Shown here: in pieces, positions 37,531-49,227 of the stretch
Layout of the letters: every line of letters starts with the position of its first letter
Numbering within the stretch: position 1 is the stretch's first letter
DNA from: Podarcis liolepis
Lineage: Eukaryota
NCBI GenBank assembly: GCA_965112155.1
Contig: OZ218099.1
Direction: 5' to 3' (one strand)
DNA length: 64,000 nt
Position numbers and translations under genes: made by a program
The notes under the pieces: generated by a model
The model's input: the letters and a program-made list of their open reading frames with translations, nothing else
Told to the model about the DNA's origin: nothing
The model's database searches: none

Positions 37531-37934
37531 TCTAATATTGCCTATTCCGAATAGCAACAACTCTTTAAGGCTTAGGCAGGGTTCTTTCCTGGGCTTACCA
37601 TCTGGTGTCATTTTTAACAACAGGAGACACTGGAGTTCGAACCTGGAACTGTCCTTATGTAAAGCATGTGCTATGCTGCTGAATTAGGACAAGGTGGAGC
37701 CCATGAGTGCCAAAGATGCTTGAGGGTGACTTTGTTAGCCCTCCTCCTGTTGGGAGTTAGCTCGTATGGAAGAGTCAGTTCCTACTGGGACTGCTACAGG
37801 GGCAAAAGCCCCAGTCCAGCTTGGCCCACCCACAGCAGCTATTTGCTAATCAGCTATGCAAGCCTGAGTTTTGTAAAAAATATATCAATTAGGTCACCAG
37901 CCAGTCAATAGCAGGTCATGTTGAACTGAGGTTC

Positions 37935-38135
37935 GGAAAAACTTTCTGACAGCAAGAGCTGTTCAGCAGTGGAACAGACTCCCATGAGAGGTTGTGGGCT
38001 CTCCTTCCTTGGAGGTTTGTAAGCAGAGGTTGGGTGGCCATCTGTCATGGATGCTTTAGCTGAGATTCCGGCATTGCTGGTGGTTGGACTAGATGAGCCT
38101 TGGGTTCCCTTCCAACTCTTACGATTCTATGATTC
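37935..38135 (+). mobile_element. CR1 LINE 3' end
   Basis: aactttctgacagcaagagctgttcagcagtggaacagactccc...gttggactagatga...cccttccaactc..(ATTCTATG) terminal repeat. Confidence 0.85.
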
Positions 38136-38325
38136 CAGGACCTTGGATAGCTCCTGCTCTGAAAAGGTCTGGAGCTCAGCTGTGGCCTTTTTATCCCTGT
38201 TGTCCAGGCTGCCTTTCCCAGGCTCTGACTTCTTCCTGCCTGACCGATGGAAAGTCTTAAAGAGGCTGGGCTGTGGCCTGGGGCCCAGCACTCTGCCAGA
38301 GGCAGCTCCCACCTTCTGCATTGCA

Positions 38326-38474
38326 GCCTACTCACTTGGTTAGGGCATGGTGCTGATAGTGCCAAGGTTGCAGGTTCGATCCTTGTATGCAACAGCTGTG
38401 TATTCCGCATTGCAGGGGTTGGACTTGATGATCCTCAGGGTCTCTTCCAACTCTACAATTCTGTGATTCTATGA
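38326..38474 (+). mobile_element. tRNA-Ile-headed SINE with CR1 tail
   Basis: Head tggtgctgatagtgccaaggttgcaggttcgatcc; CR1-type ATTCTRTG tail. Confidence 0.85.
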
Positions 38475-40171
38475 GGCTCTTGGTGTAGAGGAATTTGACT
38501 TGGGGGTGTTGTCTCAAGCTCAGGAGGCTCCTAGCTGATGGGCTTAACGGCCTGGTGTCAGAGCCCAGGTTCAGGTTCAGCATCTCTGTGGCTTATGTTG
38601 CTAGTCCTTATGATCTAGCTAGTGGTCCCTCTTCAGTGCCAGAGTCTTGGCTGCTGCTCAGGATCAGGGGCATGACCCTTTCCTGTGGACAATCCCATGA
38701 AATGTTTTCTGTTGGGACTGTAATTCTGGATGCACTGACGATAAAGTGGTTTTGGTTTGTTTTGCATCTTGAGTTTCAGAATGTATTTATACATGTGATC
38801 ACATCGGATTTTTGTTCCACATCTGCCATCTCTCTTGAGAGTTCAGGTGTGTTCAAGCCATGCTGAGCACTTCACACATCATTCTTGAATTAGAAACACA
38901 TTTCCAAGCAAAGTAATCGCATCCTCCACCCCCACCCCCCACCCTCACTTTTTAAACTGCTTTCTCTTACTAGCTTGGTTTCTATTTTTGAGGCCTGTTT
39001 ATTGTCCAGTTTCAATTTGTATGGTTGGTGTCTTTTAGTTTCTATTAAAAATGCCCCTTGCTTTAACTCTTGTGTGCATTTTCTAGTGAAAACAGATGTC
39101 TGCGAATTGCTTAAGAATGTTCATAGCAGGTTTACAAACAGCTTCCTGCCTGGTTACCTCCGATAAGTATAAAAGCATCTCTGGGCGTCCAGAGAGGGAC
39201 AGCATTTGTAAAATGGCGTTTCAGGTGGTCCTTGTGCCATAAATGTGTAACACAGACAAATGTAGGCAATAAACCTTTTTTAATGGGACAATACACACTT
39301 ATTTGTTTTGTTTGCAAAGCTGGCTTGCAGTTAGAAATCACTATGCCTTTAGAATTGCTGCAAATTGCCATTGCAGGGCAATCCTAACAGAGGTGTAGGG
39401 AAGACTGGGGCATCAGAGCAGGATTTGATGCCCTCTTGACTCCTAATCAGCATGGGGTTATTTCCCAGATTTTGGTGTTGTGCTGGCTCCAGGCTGGCAC
39501 AGCAGAAGGTCCCAAATTGGGCCTCTCTCTGGCTGAATTCCATACTAGTCCAGCTCCCAGTCCGTGGCCCCTATTCTACCCCCAGAATGCTCTGTTTTCC
39601 CCCCACCCCTAAGCTTCCTACTCCTGGTGGGAGGGCCACTGGTTGTAGGCTTCTGTCCACTTGGTCAAAGGCTGAATAGTTGGAGTCTGCACATCAGCAG
39701 CATTCATCCCCCACTGAGAAGCTGGTGGAGAGGGACCTGTGCTTCATCCTAAAATCCCCAGCTCATAGCCACCAACATGGTGGTTGTAGTTCGGACTGCA
39801 GGTAGAACTGCTGTTCTTACATTTGCTATCTCATGGGTGTATGATGAGAATGGGGTCTTTCTGGCAGATCCGGCGCCGGGAGGTAGCAGTGTTCAAAATT
39901 AGCCAGGCGCCAGGTGTAATTAGCACCTGGCTTTCAACCACTTGTGACCAAGTGAAGATGCCTGGGCGTCAGGATGGCGCCTGACAGCTCCACCATCTGG
40001 AGGTGCGTGCTTGAGGATCCTTGGATCCTGACTGTTTTTGCACATCCTAATACCACATCCTGTAGAATTTTTTATATTTTATCTGCACAATTGGAGTGAA
40101 TTTCTGGAACCAAAATGTTTTGGGGTTTTTTTCTGTGCAGCCTGAGCAGGAGGAGGCAGAGGTTGGACTAC

Positions 40172-40417
40172 CAGGGGTCAGCAAACTTTTTCAGCAGGGG
40201 GCTGGTCCACTGTCCCTCAGACCATGGGGGGCAGATTATATTTTGAAAATAATAATAATAAATTCCTATGCCCCACAAATAACCCAGAGGTGCATTTTAA
40301 ATAAAAGCACACATTCTACTCGTGTAAAAACATCCTGATTCCCGGACTGTCCGCGGGCCGGATTGAGAAGGCGATTGGGCTGGATCGGGCCCCCAGGCCT
40401 TAGTTTGCCTACCCATG
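40172..40417. mobile_element. hAT-Charlie MITE (OC1-like), opposite orientation to 19354
   Basis: caggggtcagcaaact ... agtttgcctacccatg; reverse complement of 19354-19604. Confidence 0.85.
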
Positions 40418-42054
40418 GACTAGACCAATATATATGTGGACTGTCCCTGGAGCAAGTGACATTTCTTCCTTAAGTTCTCAGTTTGGGAGTGCCCTTGTTG
40501 AAGTCTGGAGGACAAGGATAGGCTGGGGGCTAGATCCTACTTTATCAAGCTACTTAGTAGGTCCCTTTTAAACTCCTTGTCACATGCCTGACTTAACAGT
40601 GGTTTGCCATTGCTCCTCACTCCCACTATGAAAATAATCCTTGACAGCAATCTGTTTGCTCAGACCTGCCGCCCCCCACCCCAGCCCCCAGCCCAGAAGC
40701 TCCCTAATGCTTAAGTTAGCACCTTGGTTCAGCTCCCTGCATCTCGGGCTGCATTTTTGTTACAGCTCTGGAGGGAGTCATGGATTCCTCCACGAATGGC
40801 TTTCCCTCCCCCAGCGTGAGTGTGATGATGCTAACAAGGCGAAGCAGCGGTGTGAGAGCCTCTCTCTGGAGATGCCAGGCGAAACCTCAGCTGTGTGGGC
40901 AGGAGAGAGAGAGAGAGAGAGAAAACTTGACAACCACATTGCAGTTACATCCTGGAGACTGCTAATGCCAGGAAAAGTTCTGATTCATAACAATAACAGC
41001 AGCAGCAGCAGCAGCTACAGTGCAGATCTGCAACAAGTGCATCTGAGGACAGTGGTAGGAAAAAAGAGGGGAAACCATAACTTGACTTTTTAAATGGAAA
41101 GGATTATACTTTCAGCCTCTATCTCAATTTTAGAGGGTTTTTTTTTTTTGGTGGCTTATAATTGACAGAGCTGTGGCTTTAAAAACCATTAGGCTTTCTC
41201 CATTTTCGTACCTCATGGTTTTTGGATAAAAGAAGGCGATATCAGTAAATGTGGAAGAGGAGTTAATTATTAAAATATTTCCCCCTATTATATATGCATA
41301 ACCACTTGATTAATTTCAAGTGTATCTCCTGATATGTGAGAACATGGCACTTGATTAATTTATTTTTAAAAAATCCTACAGCATATGTTTTTTATATTTC
41401 TAGAGCTAGGGATAAAAATAGAGCGAGAGCGGTTTATCGTTTTCCTTTCCCATTGTCCTCTCTTGTTGCCTTTCCTTTGGGCTTGGTTTTATGCCACATG
41501 GTACTTGTGGAAAAGAAACGTTATTAACAGAGAAGATAGGAATAGCTTGGTTGTGGCGAAATCAAAGAGGAGTACATGGTTGGCTGAGGTGACTAGGAGA
41601 ACTCTAAATCGCCTGCAAGTATTTCACTTAATACGTGAGTTGGCTTGATCCCAAGTTCTTACTGCTGCCCCTTGAATTTCCAGAAGTCCCTCTAGCTAAT
41701 TCTAATCCTATCTTGTCTACATGCTGAAGTACAGTTTCACTGCCAGCAAAATCTTGAAAGGAGCCTGGGTTGGTGGAGCTGGTGGAGGCAAATGTTGTTT
41801 CTTTTGTTTTGTTTTTCATTTGTGCTTGATAATTTACTATGGCTGCAACCCTAAGCTTCTTGGAGGGGCAGCTGGGTGGCTGTTTTGGCACCACGTAACT
41901 CTCCAGAGTCACTTCCCTGATGCAGCGGTAGGAAGTTGTGCCACCATTGCTAAAGCGCTCTTGGTATTCCAGTGGTGGTAAGAGCAAAAGGAGGGGGTGC
42001 TCTGGGGGCTTGTCAGGGGCAGATCAATGAGGACTCGAAGGACGTCGTGTTATC

Positions 42055-42671
42055 ACTTGGATAGCTCAGTTGATTAGAGCGTGATGTTGATAATGCCAAG
42101 GTTGCAGGTTCGATCCAAGTATGGGACAGCTGCATATTCCTGCATTGCAAGGTGTAAGGTGCTGGTGGTGGTTGCTCGTGAGTAACCAGGCAGGACTCTG
42201 ACCTGTCTTTTACAGGTTTTATTGGTGCAAAACTATTTACAGTGCAGAAACACAAAGTTCATGTCCGTCTTAGTCACTTGCAGATTCCGGGAGAGGCCCC
42301 TTCCGGTTTCTCCCCCATCTTAAGAACTTCGACACCCCACATCTCCGCCTCCCGTTCTTACGTTTCACCCCTTTGCACAAGCTGGGCGACGGAAGTGGCG
42401 TGCCTGTTTCCTGGCCAGCCGAGCTAGATGAGGCGCTTGGGTTCTCAGTAGCATCTTCAAGCCCTCCCTTCGCTCGGCTTCCCTCTTCCCCCTCTGCTCC
42501 ACTGGTGTGGCTTTCCCCACCATTGGACGAGGAGCTGCTCCCCAGAAGCATCAGAGGCTCTCTGTATCCCTTTGCCTCCCTCCCCTGTCCCGATGGCAGT
42601 CCCCTGACACCGGGCGTTGGACAAGATGATCCACAGGGTCCGTTCCAACTTTACAATTCTATGATTCTATG
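42055..42671 (+). mobile_element. tRNA-Ile-headed CR1-tail SINE split by an LTR (42055-42152 and 42610-42671)
   Basis: Head and body end at tgcattgcaagg; the tail resumes as gttggacaagatgatcc...ttccaact..ttctatgattctatga. Confidence 0.85.
42153..42609 (-). mobile_element. Solo LTR (457 bp)
   Basis: TG...CA ends with short inverted termini (tgtaagg / cctgaca); degenerate 5-bp TSD caagg/ccggg within the host SINE; AATAAA on the minus strand at 42218-42223. Confidence 0.75.
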
Positions 42672-42929
42672 ACTTTGTCTCTTCCCCTCATTTATATAAG
42701 ACGGACCCCAGAATGGATTGTTTTCTCTCCCATTGAAAAAAACCATAAGGATTTTTTAAAAAATCATTTTCAGAAGATAGGGGGAGGCAGATAAAACCCC
42801 CTGCTCCATCCATCCTGGCCCATATGAGCCCCGCAAGGCTTAGGAAGTGACAGTTCTTCCCCGCCCCCTACAACCACCATCAGATTGCTCTGTCTATGCC
42901 AACTCCTCAAGGCAGCTCACAGCACAGCT

Positions 42930-43056
42930 GCCTTGGTAGCTCAGTCGGTAGAGCATGAGGCCCTTAATCTCAAGGTCGTGGGTTCAAGCCCCACGTTGGG
43001 CAAAGGATTCCTGCATTGCAAGGGTTTGGACTTTCAACTCTACAATTCTATGATTC
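42930..43056 (+). mobile_element. tRNA-Lys(CTT)-headed SINE with CR1 tail
   Basis: tagctcagtcggtagagcatgaggcccttaatctcaaggtcgtgggttcaagccccacgttgggc (tRNA-Lys-CTT-like) joined to gattcctgcattgca...ttggact..caactctacaattctatgattc. Confidence 0.85.
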
Positions 43057-43837
43057 AACAACTGCTAAAATACAATTATTTTTTAGAGATACTTCCCTGC
43101 CTGTATTTTTTTAAAAGCCCATTCTGTCAACAGATCACACTCCCAAAGAAAGTTTTGGGTGAGGCTCATTGAAGAAGCAAAGCATATTGAAGGAATTATA
43201 AAAGGGCTTCCCCACCCCTTCTCATTATTTCCCCTGAAAGGTGAAATGCGTAGGGCGTGAGGACTTGAAAAGCTGGGGAAAGTTTGTTTGGAGATGTGTC
43301 TGGTTGAGGTGGGGGGAGATGGGCTGCCTGCATTTAGGCCCCAGATCTTAATCCCTTTTACAGTTGTCAGCGTGGCCTGGCAGAGGGTCTGGAGGCAGGC
43401 GGAAAGGCTGACAGAGTATTCTTGAGCTGAGGGAGTTGTTGGGGCCTGGGTGGGGGAGGGTTAAGAAACACCTGCCCCAGTCCTGGCCCTGGTACCTTTG
43501 GGAGGAATGGGGATGACAGCTGGGCCGATGCTGAGGCGACTATCATCTGCTGCTGTTTGACGCACTCTGTCCACGGAACACACGATTAATGAGTCAAGGG
43601 AGGCCTATTGTGAGTGACAAAGACCCAGAGGCTTAAGTAGGGCTCTCGGTCCACCATCGTATTGCATTTTTCAAGTGGGGTTTGCGGGGGAAACATTGAG
43701 GCGCCGTCTAAAGCCACAATGCTTCTCTTTTTTTCTTCTCCCCCAAACTGCTGCTGACCTTTGTCATGCGGCTTTAACCCTTCGGCTTCTCTGGTTTGGG
43801 CTTTGGGGCTGAAGAGACATCTCCTTTATATTGATTG

Positions 43838-43840
<3 letters not shown>

Positions 43841-43890
<50 letters not shown>
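43841..43890. repeat. (TC)n microsatellite
   Basis: Seen directly. Confidence 0.95.
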
Positions 43891-43892
<2 letters not shown>

Positions 43893-45070
43893 GCCTTGAA
43901 AATATGCTGGTGATTGGTGAGGACATATAGCTGGAGGCAGAAGATGCTTGGTTGTTGCTGGCCAAGTGTCACTGTTCCCCAGCAGTCTAATTAATATCCT
44001 CATCTTTTCAGTTTCCGGAAGTATAAGAAGCAAAGCTCTACCTGCCTCAGGAGAAGCAAAAGCTGCTTCATGTAGATTTTTCATCTATTTCAACAACAAA
44101 AAATCCAAACCACCCTTTATCCAAAGGCACCCCAGGTGTACAATAATAAAGGTCCAATACAACAAAAGTGAGACACAGTCGATCATCTGAAGTTGTGGGT
44201 GTTCAGCTGGAAATGAGTGTTTGGTTTGTTGAAGCACTTCCTCCACACTCCCTGCAAAGGTGATGCTATGCTATTTAATGATTCAGAAAGCTGGTGGAAA
44301 GCTGGTTTGAACTTGCTATCTCCCTCTAGTAATGTGCTTTTTCTTTTTCCTTCTTCCTGGGAGTATGTAGGACGGGTTTCCTGAAAAAGCTGTATATTCC
44401 AGCCGCAGGCCAAGAAAATCCAGCACTTTTCTCCACTCTTCCTACTGTTTCCTTCATTACATGTTTGTCACACTGTCTACAAAGGTTGTAAATATGTGCA
44501 GGCTAGGATGAGAACATGTTTGAATGAAAGGGAGCGCTGTTCATGTAGGTTCAGATAACGGAGGTTTTTACAGTACCCTGTTCGCTTTTAGTAAAATGTG
44601 CAATGAAGGCAGATATTACCATGGAAGAAGTAGCACACAATTGAATTTGGGTGCATGGCCCTTAAAATATTGCATGAATAGAGATTTCTTTTGCACATTG
44701 CCCTCTGCTGCACAACATAGGAATCCTTGCATAGCGCCGTTCATTGCCATCAGGACTTGATTCCAGCTGGCTGATGTTACACTGGCATCTGGGAAGGAGT
44801 CAGAGCCAAGTAGTGCCACATGACACAAACTGGGTTGCCCGGAACTTCACCACTTCAGAGGCAGATTACTGAGACATCCAGTCAGACTGTGTGGCACTAC
44901 TCCACAACGTTGATCTTGTGACACTCTGAAACCATCTTTTCAATAGCATGGTTTGCTTTCTTCTGTAGCTCATGGTTTCTTTGTTTGTGTGTGTCAACTG
45001 GAGTTATGTGTGTGTAAGCAATTGTTTTGCTGCTTACTTGCAGTTTGCTTATGGGATGTACTGTAGTGTA

Positions 45071-45427
45071 AAGGTAAAGGTTAGAGGGACCCCTGACCAT
45101 TAGGTCCAGTCGTGGCCGACTCTGGGGTTGCGGCGCTCATCTCGCTTTATTGACCGAGGGAGCCGGCGTACAGTTTCCGGGTCATGTGGCCGGCATGACT
45201 AAGCCGCTTCTGGCGAAGCAGAGCAGCGCACGGAAATGCCGTTTACCTTCCCGCCGGAGTGATCCCTATTTATCTACTTGCACTTTGATGTGCTTTCGAA
45301 CTGCTAGGTTGGCAGGAGCTGGGACTGAGCAACGGGAGCTCACCCCGTCGCGGGGATTTGAACTGCTGACCTTCTCATCAGCAAGCCCTAGGCTCTGTGG
45401 TTTAACCCACAGCGCCACCCGCGTCCC
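45071..45427 (-). mobile_element. Sauria SINE, full length
   Basis: 14-bp TSD tgtactgtagtgta at 45057-45070 and 45429-45442. Confidence 0.93.
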
Positions 45428-46994
45428 TTGTACTGTAGTGTAGTTTGATCCTAAATTAAACTGTAGTTGGTAGATAAATATACAGAGGGCTCTGGTGTTG
45501 TATGCTGAAGGATGGACCACGTGTCCTTTGGTACCTCTTAGCTTTATGATTAATGAAACCACTTATAGCCAGTTGCTATTATACTTGTGAACTCTGATTT
45601 AGCTCTAATTACTGGCAGATAGCATGGAATAGCAGCTGAAGACCCCCACCACCAGCCCAGGGGTTGTGCATCATCATGTGCATTCAGTCAGGCCTGAAGA
45701 TGTAATACAGGTCAAAATGTGCTTGCAGCATCGCGTTTGCATTGTCTACATACATGGATAGATGCTTCTGTGCATAGCTATCTATCCCTTTCTGGATTGT
45801 GGCAATGACCTACCTGTAATCTAAATATGTCTCCCATTTGTTCCCTCTTAATTCTTGTAAGACAAAGTCTTACTATGCTCTTTTGCAGCCTCCCCTTTTT
45901 GATCAGCTAAAACACATCAGCTCTGATAATCTCATTTCACCATAAGATGAGCACCTTTTGGCCTTTCTTCCTAATGGAGGTTCAGGCAACATCCTATAGG
46001 ACAAAAACCATGAGCTACTTCTTAACAGCGTGTAGGGAAAAATACATCTTGCCTGCAGGAAAGCACTAGAGGAAGGATGCAGCCAGTCAGGTTTGAGTTA
46101 AAACAGCTTTGTGTAATTCATCTTGTTTGCTGCACCTCTGGTTTGTAGAAAGTTCCTACTCTCGTTAAAAATATATGAATCTTCTCTCCCTTCCGTCTCT
46201 CAAGTGCTTGGGAATAAATCCCACATGAAGGATCGTCTGTGCAGGGGGGAAAAGTGAATGATGCTAGATGTGATTGAAATCAAATTGCACTTGGATAATA
46301 TTACTTCCATTTGTTGACTTGGTTTTTCAGTGTTTTTAATGTGTGGGGAATGAGGTTTTGTGTGTGTCTTGATGGCACCTAGTATATAGGTGTTTCCATT
46401 TCAGATTAATATGTCATCAACTCTCCCCCCCCCCCCGGCACCAGCCCATCCATGTGCTTTTAACCGATGCATTGCTCAGCACACACTGCATCCTCCACGT
46501 GCAAGTCCATTAAAGCAATATTAAATTTTAAAGCTTGTGCATAGGTTGGCTGGAAATCCTGCACACACATCTTGGCCACGTATTGTTATGCAAGTCAGCT
46601 GTGTGCTTAAAGTCTCATTCCTCATGGCTGGCCTATTGTCCAGGGGATGGTCCTGTCTCTATAGGAACAGTGCCAGCTGCCTAGCTAGCCGAAGCAATGT
46701 CAGTCTTTTCTTTGAAGGCCAGTGCTTATGCCTGCAGGGGCAGCATATTACTGTTCCATTTCCTTTCTTTCTTTTTTTTAATCATCTGTTCTTACCATAA
46801 TAGCACAGTGCTATGATAGCAGGATTTCCAAACGGCTGGGAACTACTCTAGAATAACTGTATTTTACAGCACTGTATTTTGCTTCTGTGTAACCACTGTC
46901 ACTCTTACTAGCTAAGCAAATGTTTTAGTAACCTGGTGACAGATGATAGGGTTGGTTGGGTGGGTGGGTGTTTGGTAGCGTGTGTGTGGAGCAG

Positions 46995-47159
46995 TCTCCC
47001 TCAGGAGGTTGTGGACTCTCCTTTCTTGGAGGTTTTTAAGCAGAGGTTGGATGGCCGTCTGTCACGGATGCTTTAGTTTAGACCCCTGCATTGCAGGGGG
47101 CTGGACTAAATGGCCCTTAGGATCCCTTCCAACTCTACAATTCTATGGTTCTATGATTC
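46995..47159 (+). mobile_element. CR1 LINE 3' end
   Basis: Homologous to 37980-38135; ends ttctatggttctatgattc. Confidence 0.85.
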
Positions 47160-47639
47160 CCACAAAGATTGCTGGGAACTGTGCTTTGTTAAGGGTGCTG
47201 AGAGTTGCTAGACCTCCTACACCCCTCCCAGAGCTACAGTTCCCAGAGTGATTCAGCAATAAATCCCCATTCACAGGGAACTCTGGAACTGTCAGATGAT
47301 AAAGAGTAGTTTGATGGTGTGAACAGACAAACAGGATACCTGAGCATGACAATGTTGGTCAGGGCAAAGGTGGGGCTTGACTAGAGTTCTAGGACCTTGG
47401 ATAGCTCCAAGCATGCAATTCAACTCTGTGACCGTAGGTGCTTTGTGCAACCCGGTTTGTACAGGACTAGAAACATTTTTTTAAAAAAGTTTCTCAGGAT
47501 TCCAGGCTTTTGTACCAAAGTCCATATTCCATATCATATATTTTGTGCTTGCAGAACACCAGGAAGTGTATAATATATATTGCAACACCCCTTCAGTTCT
47601 TTACTTAATGGGTAGCGTATGTGTATTTTAAATTTGAAT

Positions 47640-47795
47640 GCAAGCTTCATGAAAAGTTTATGTGGTGATGGAAGAAATTGTACAGCAACTTCGGGCAATT
47701 CCTCTAGCAGATAAGACTCTTATGGAACTGCACCATGTCGGAAAAAGATATAACAGATTTGCATATTCATTATAAATGGGGTGCAAGTTTCTTGA
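47640..47795 (+). pseudogene. Possible fossil hAT (Charlie/Buster) transposase fragment
   Basis: With frameshifts reads MKSLCGD/EEIVQQLRAIPLADKTL/..CTMSEKDI, resembling the IPLS(D/N)NT.SRRI..M..DI motif of Buster/ZBED transposases. Confidence 0.4.
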
Positions 47796-48337
47796 CTCTG
47801 TGCTATTGCTGAGGGGATTAACAGAGACAAAGGTCCCCACGCAGAAAGTGCTATAAAAGTATTTGCCTGGGCACTAATAAAACCTGAAATGTTAATGTGT
47901 GAACTGTTCGATCATACATCTCACACACCAAGCAAGAGTGTGGTTGTTGTTGATATGTAAAAAACCAATATATGCATGCTGCCATGACTGCACTCTGGGA
48001 TTAAGAAGAAAGAATCCAATCAAGAATGAAGGTTGAATGGGCAGAAGTGGTGTGAAATCAGTTATAGCTGCAAGAGGCAACTGTCAAGGAAGGTGGTGAA
48101 GCTAAGTGGATGGTGCTGATGCATGAAAACAAGAGATGGTAGGAACGCAGGGCAAAGCACAGTGTGAAACAAACATGGGGTTCCCAACCCTATTTGTCCC
48201 CTTTTAGCTATTCTCACCTGTTGTTGTTTTTTCTTAGATAAGCTTTGAGAGGGAGGGGAATAACGGGGAAGGAGTGATGTGAGAATGGTTTCAGCATCTG
48301 TCCCTCATCTGCCAGTTCCCTCCCACAGGAGTATAGA

Positions 48338-49227
48338 TTATTATTATTACAGTGGTACCTCAGGTTAAGTACTTAATTCGTTCCAGAGGTCCAGTCTTAA
48401 CCTGAAACTGTTCTTAACCTGAAGCACCACTTCAGCTAATGGGGCCTCCCGCTGCTGCTGCGCCGCTGGAGCACGATTTCTGTTCTCATCCTGAAGCAAA
48501 GTTCTTAACCCGAGGTACTATTTCTGGGTTAGTGGAGTCTGTAACCTGAAGTGTCTGTAACCTGAAGTGTATGTAACCCGAGGTACCACTGTATTATTAG
48601 TATTAGTATTATTTCCCTGCCCATCTGGCTGGGTTTCCCCAGCCACGCTGGGTGGCTCCCAACAAAATATTAAAAACATGATAAAGCATCAAACATTAAA
48701 AACTTCCCTAAACTGGGCTGCTTTCAGATGTCTTCTCAAAGTCAGATAATATTTATTACCTTGACCTCTGATGGAAGGGCTTTCCACAGGGCAGGCGCCA
48801 CTACTGAGAAAGCCATCTGTCTGGTTCCCTGTAATCTCACTTCTCGCAATGAGGGAACCGCCAGAAGGCCCTTGGAGCTGGACCTCAGTGTCCGGGCAGA
48901 ACAGTGGGGGTGGAGACGCTCCTTCAGGTATACTGGGCCAAGGCCATTTAGGGCTTTAAAGGTCAGCCCCAACACTTTGAATTGTGCTCAGAAACGTACT
49001 GGAAGCCAATGTATGTCTTTCAGGACCGGTGTAATATGGTCTCGGCGGCCACTCCCAGTCACCAGTCTAGCTGCCGCATTCTGGCTTAGTTGCAGTTTCC
49101 GGGTCACCTTCAAAGGTCGCCCCATGTAGAGCGCATTGAAGTAGTCCAAGCAGGAGATAACCAGAGCATGCACCACTCTGTCGAGACAGTCTGCGGGCAG
49201 GTAGGGTCTCAGCCTGTGTGCCAGATG
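48338..49227 (-). mobile_element. L2 LINE 3' fragment including ORF2 C-terminus; MITE inserted in its tail
   Basis: Minus strand encodes VVHALVISCLDYFNALYMGRPLKVTRKLQLSQNAAARLVTG...DHITPVLKDIHWLPV and LTFKALNGLGPVYLKERL, typical of L2 ORF2 ends. Confidence 0.9.
48350..48591. mobile_element. Subfamily 1 MITE, orientation A
   Basis: TIRs and TA TSD, inside the (TTA)n L2 tail. Confidence 0.9.

Noticed and set aside
42930-43003. Apparent tRNA-Lys-CTT gene (and tRNA-Ile-like sequences elsewhere)
   Set aside because: Stem and loop mutations, no oligo-T terminator, and direct fusion to a CR1 tail identify these as SINE heads.
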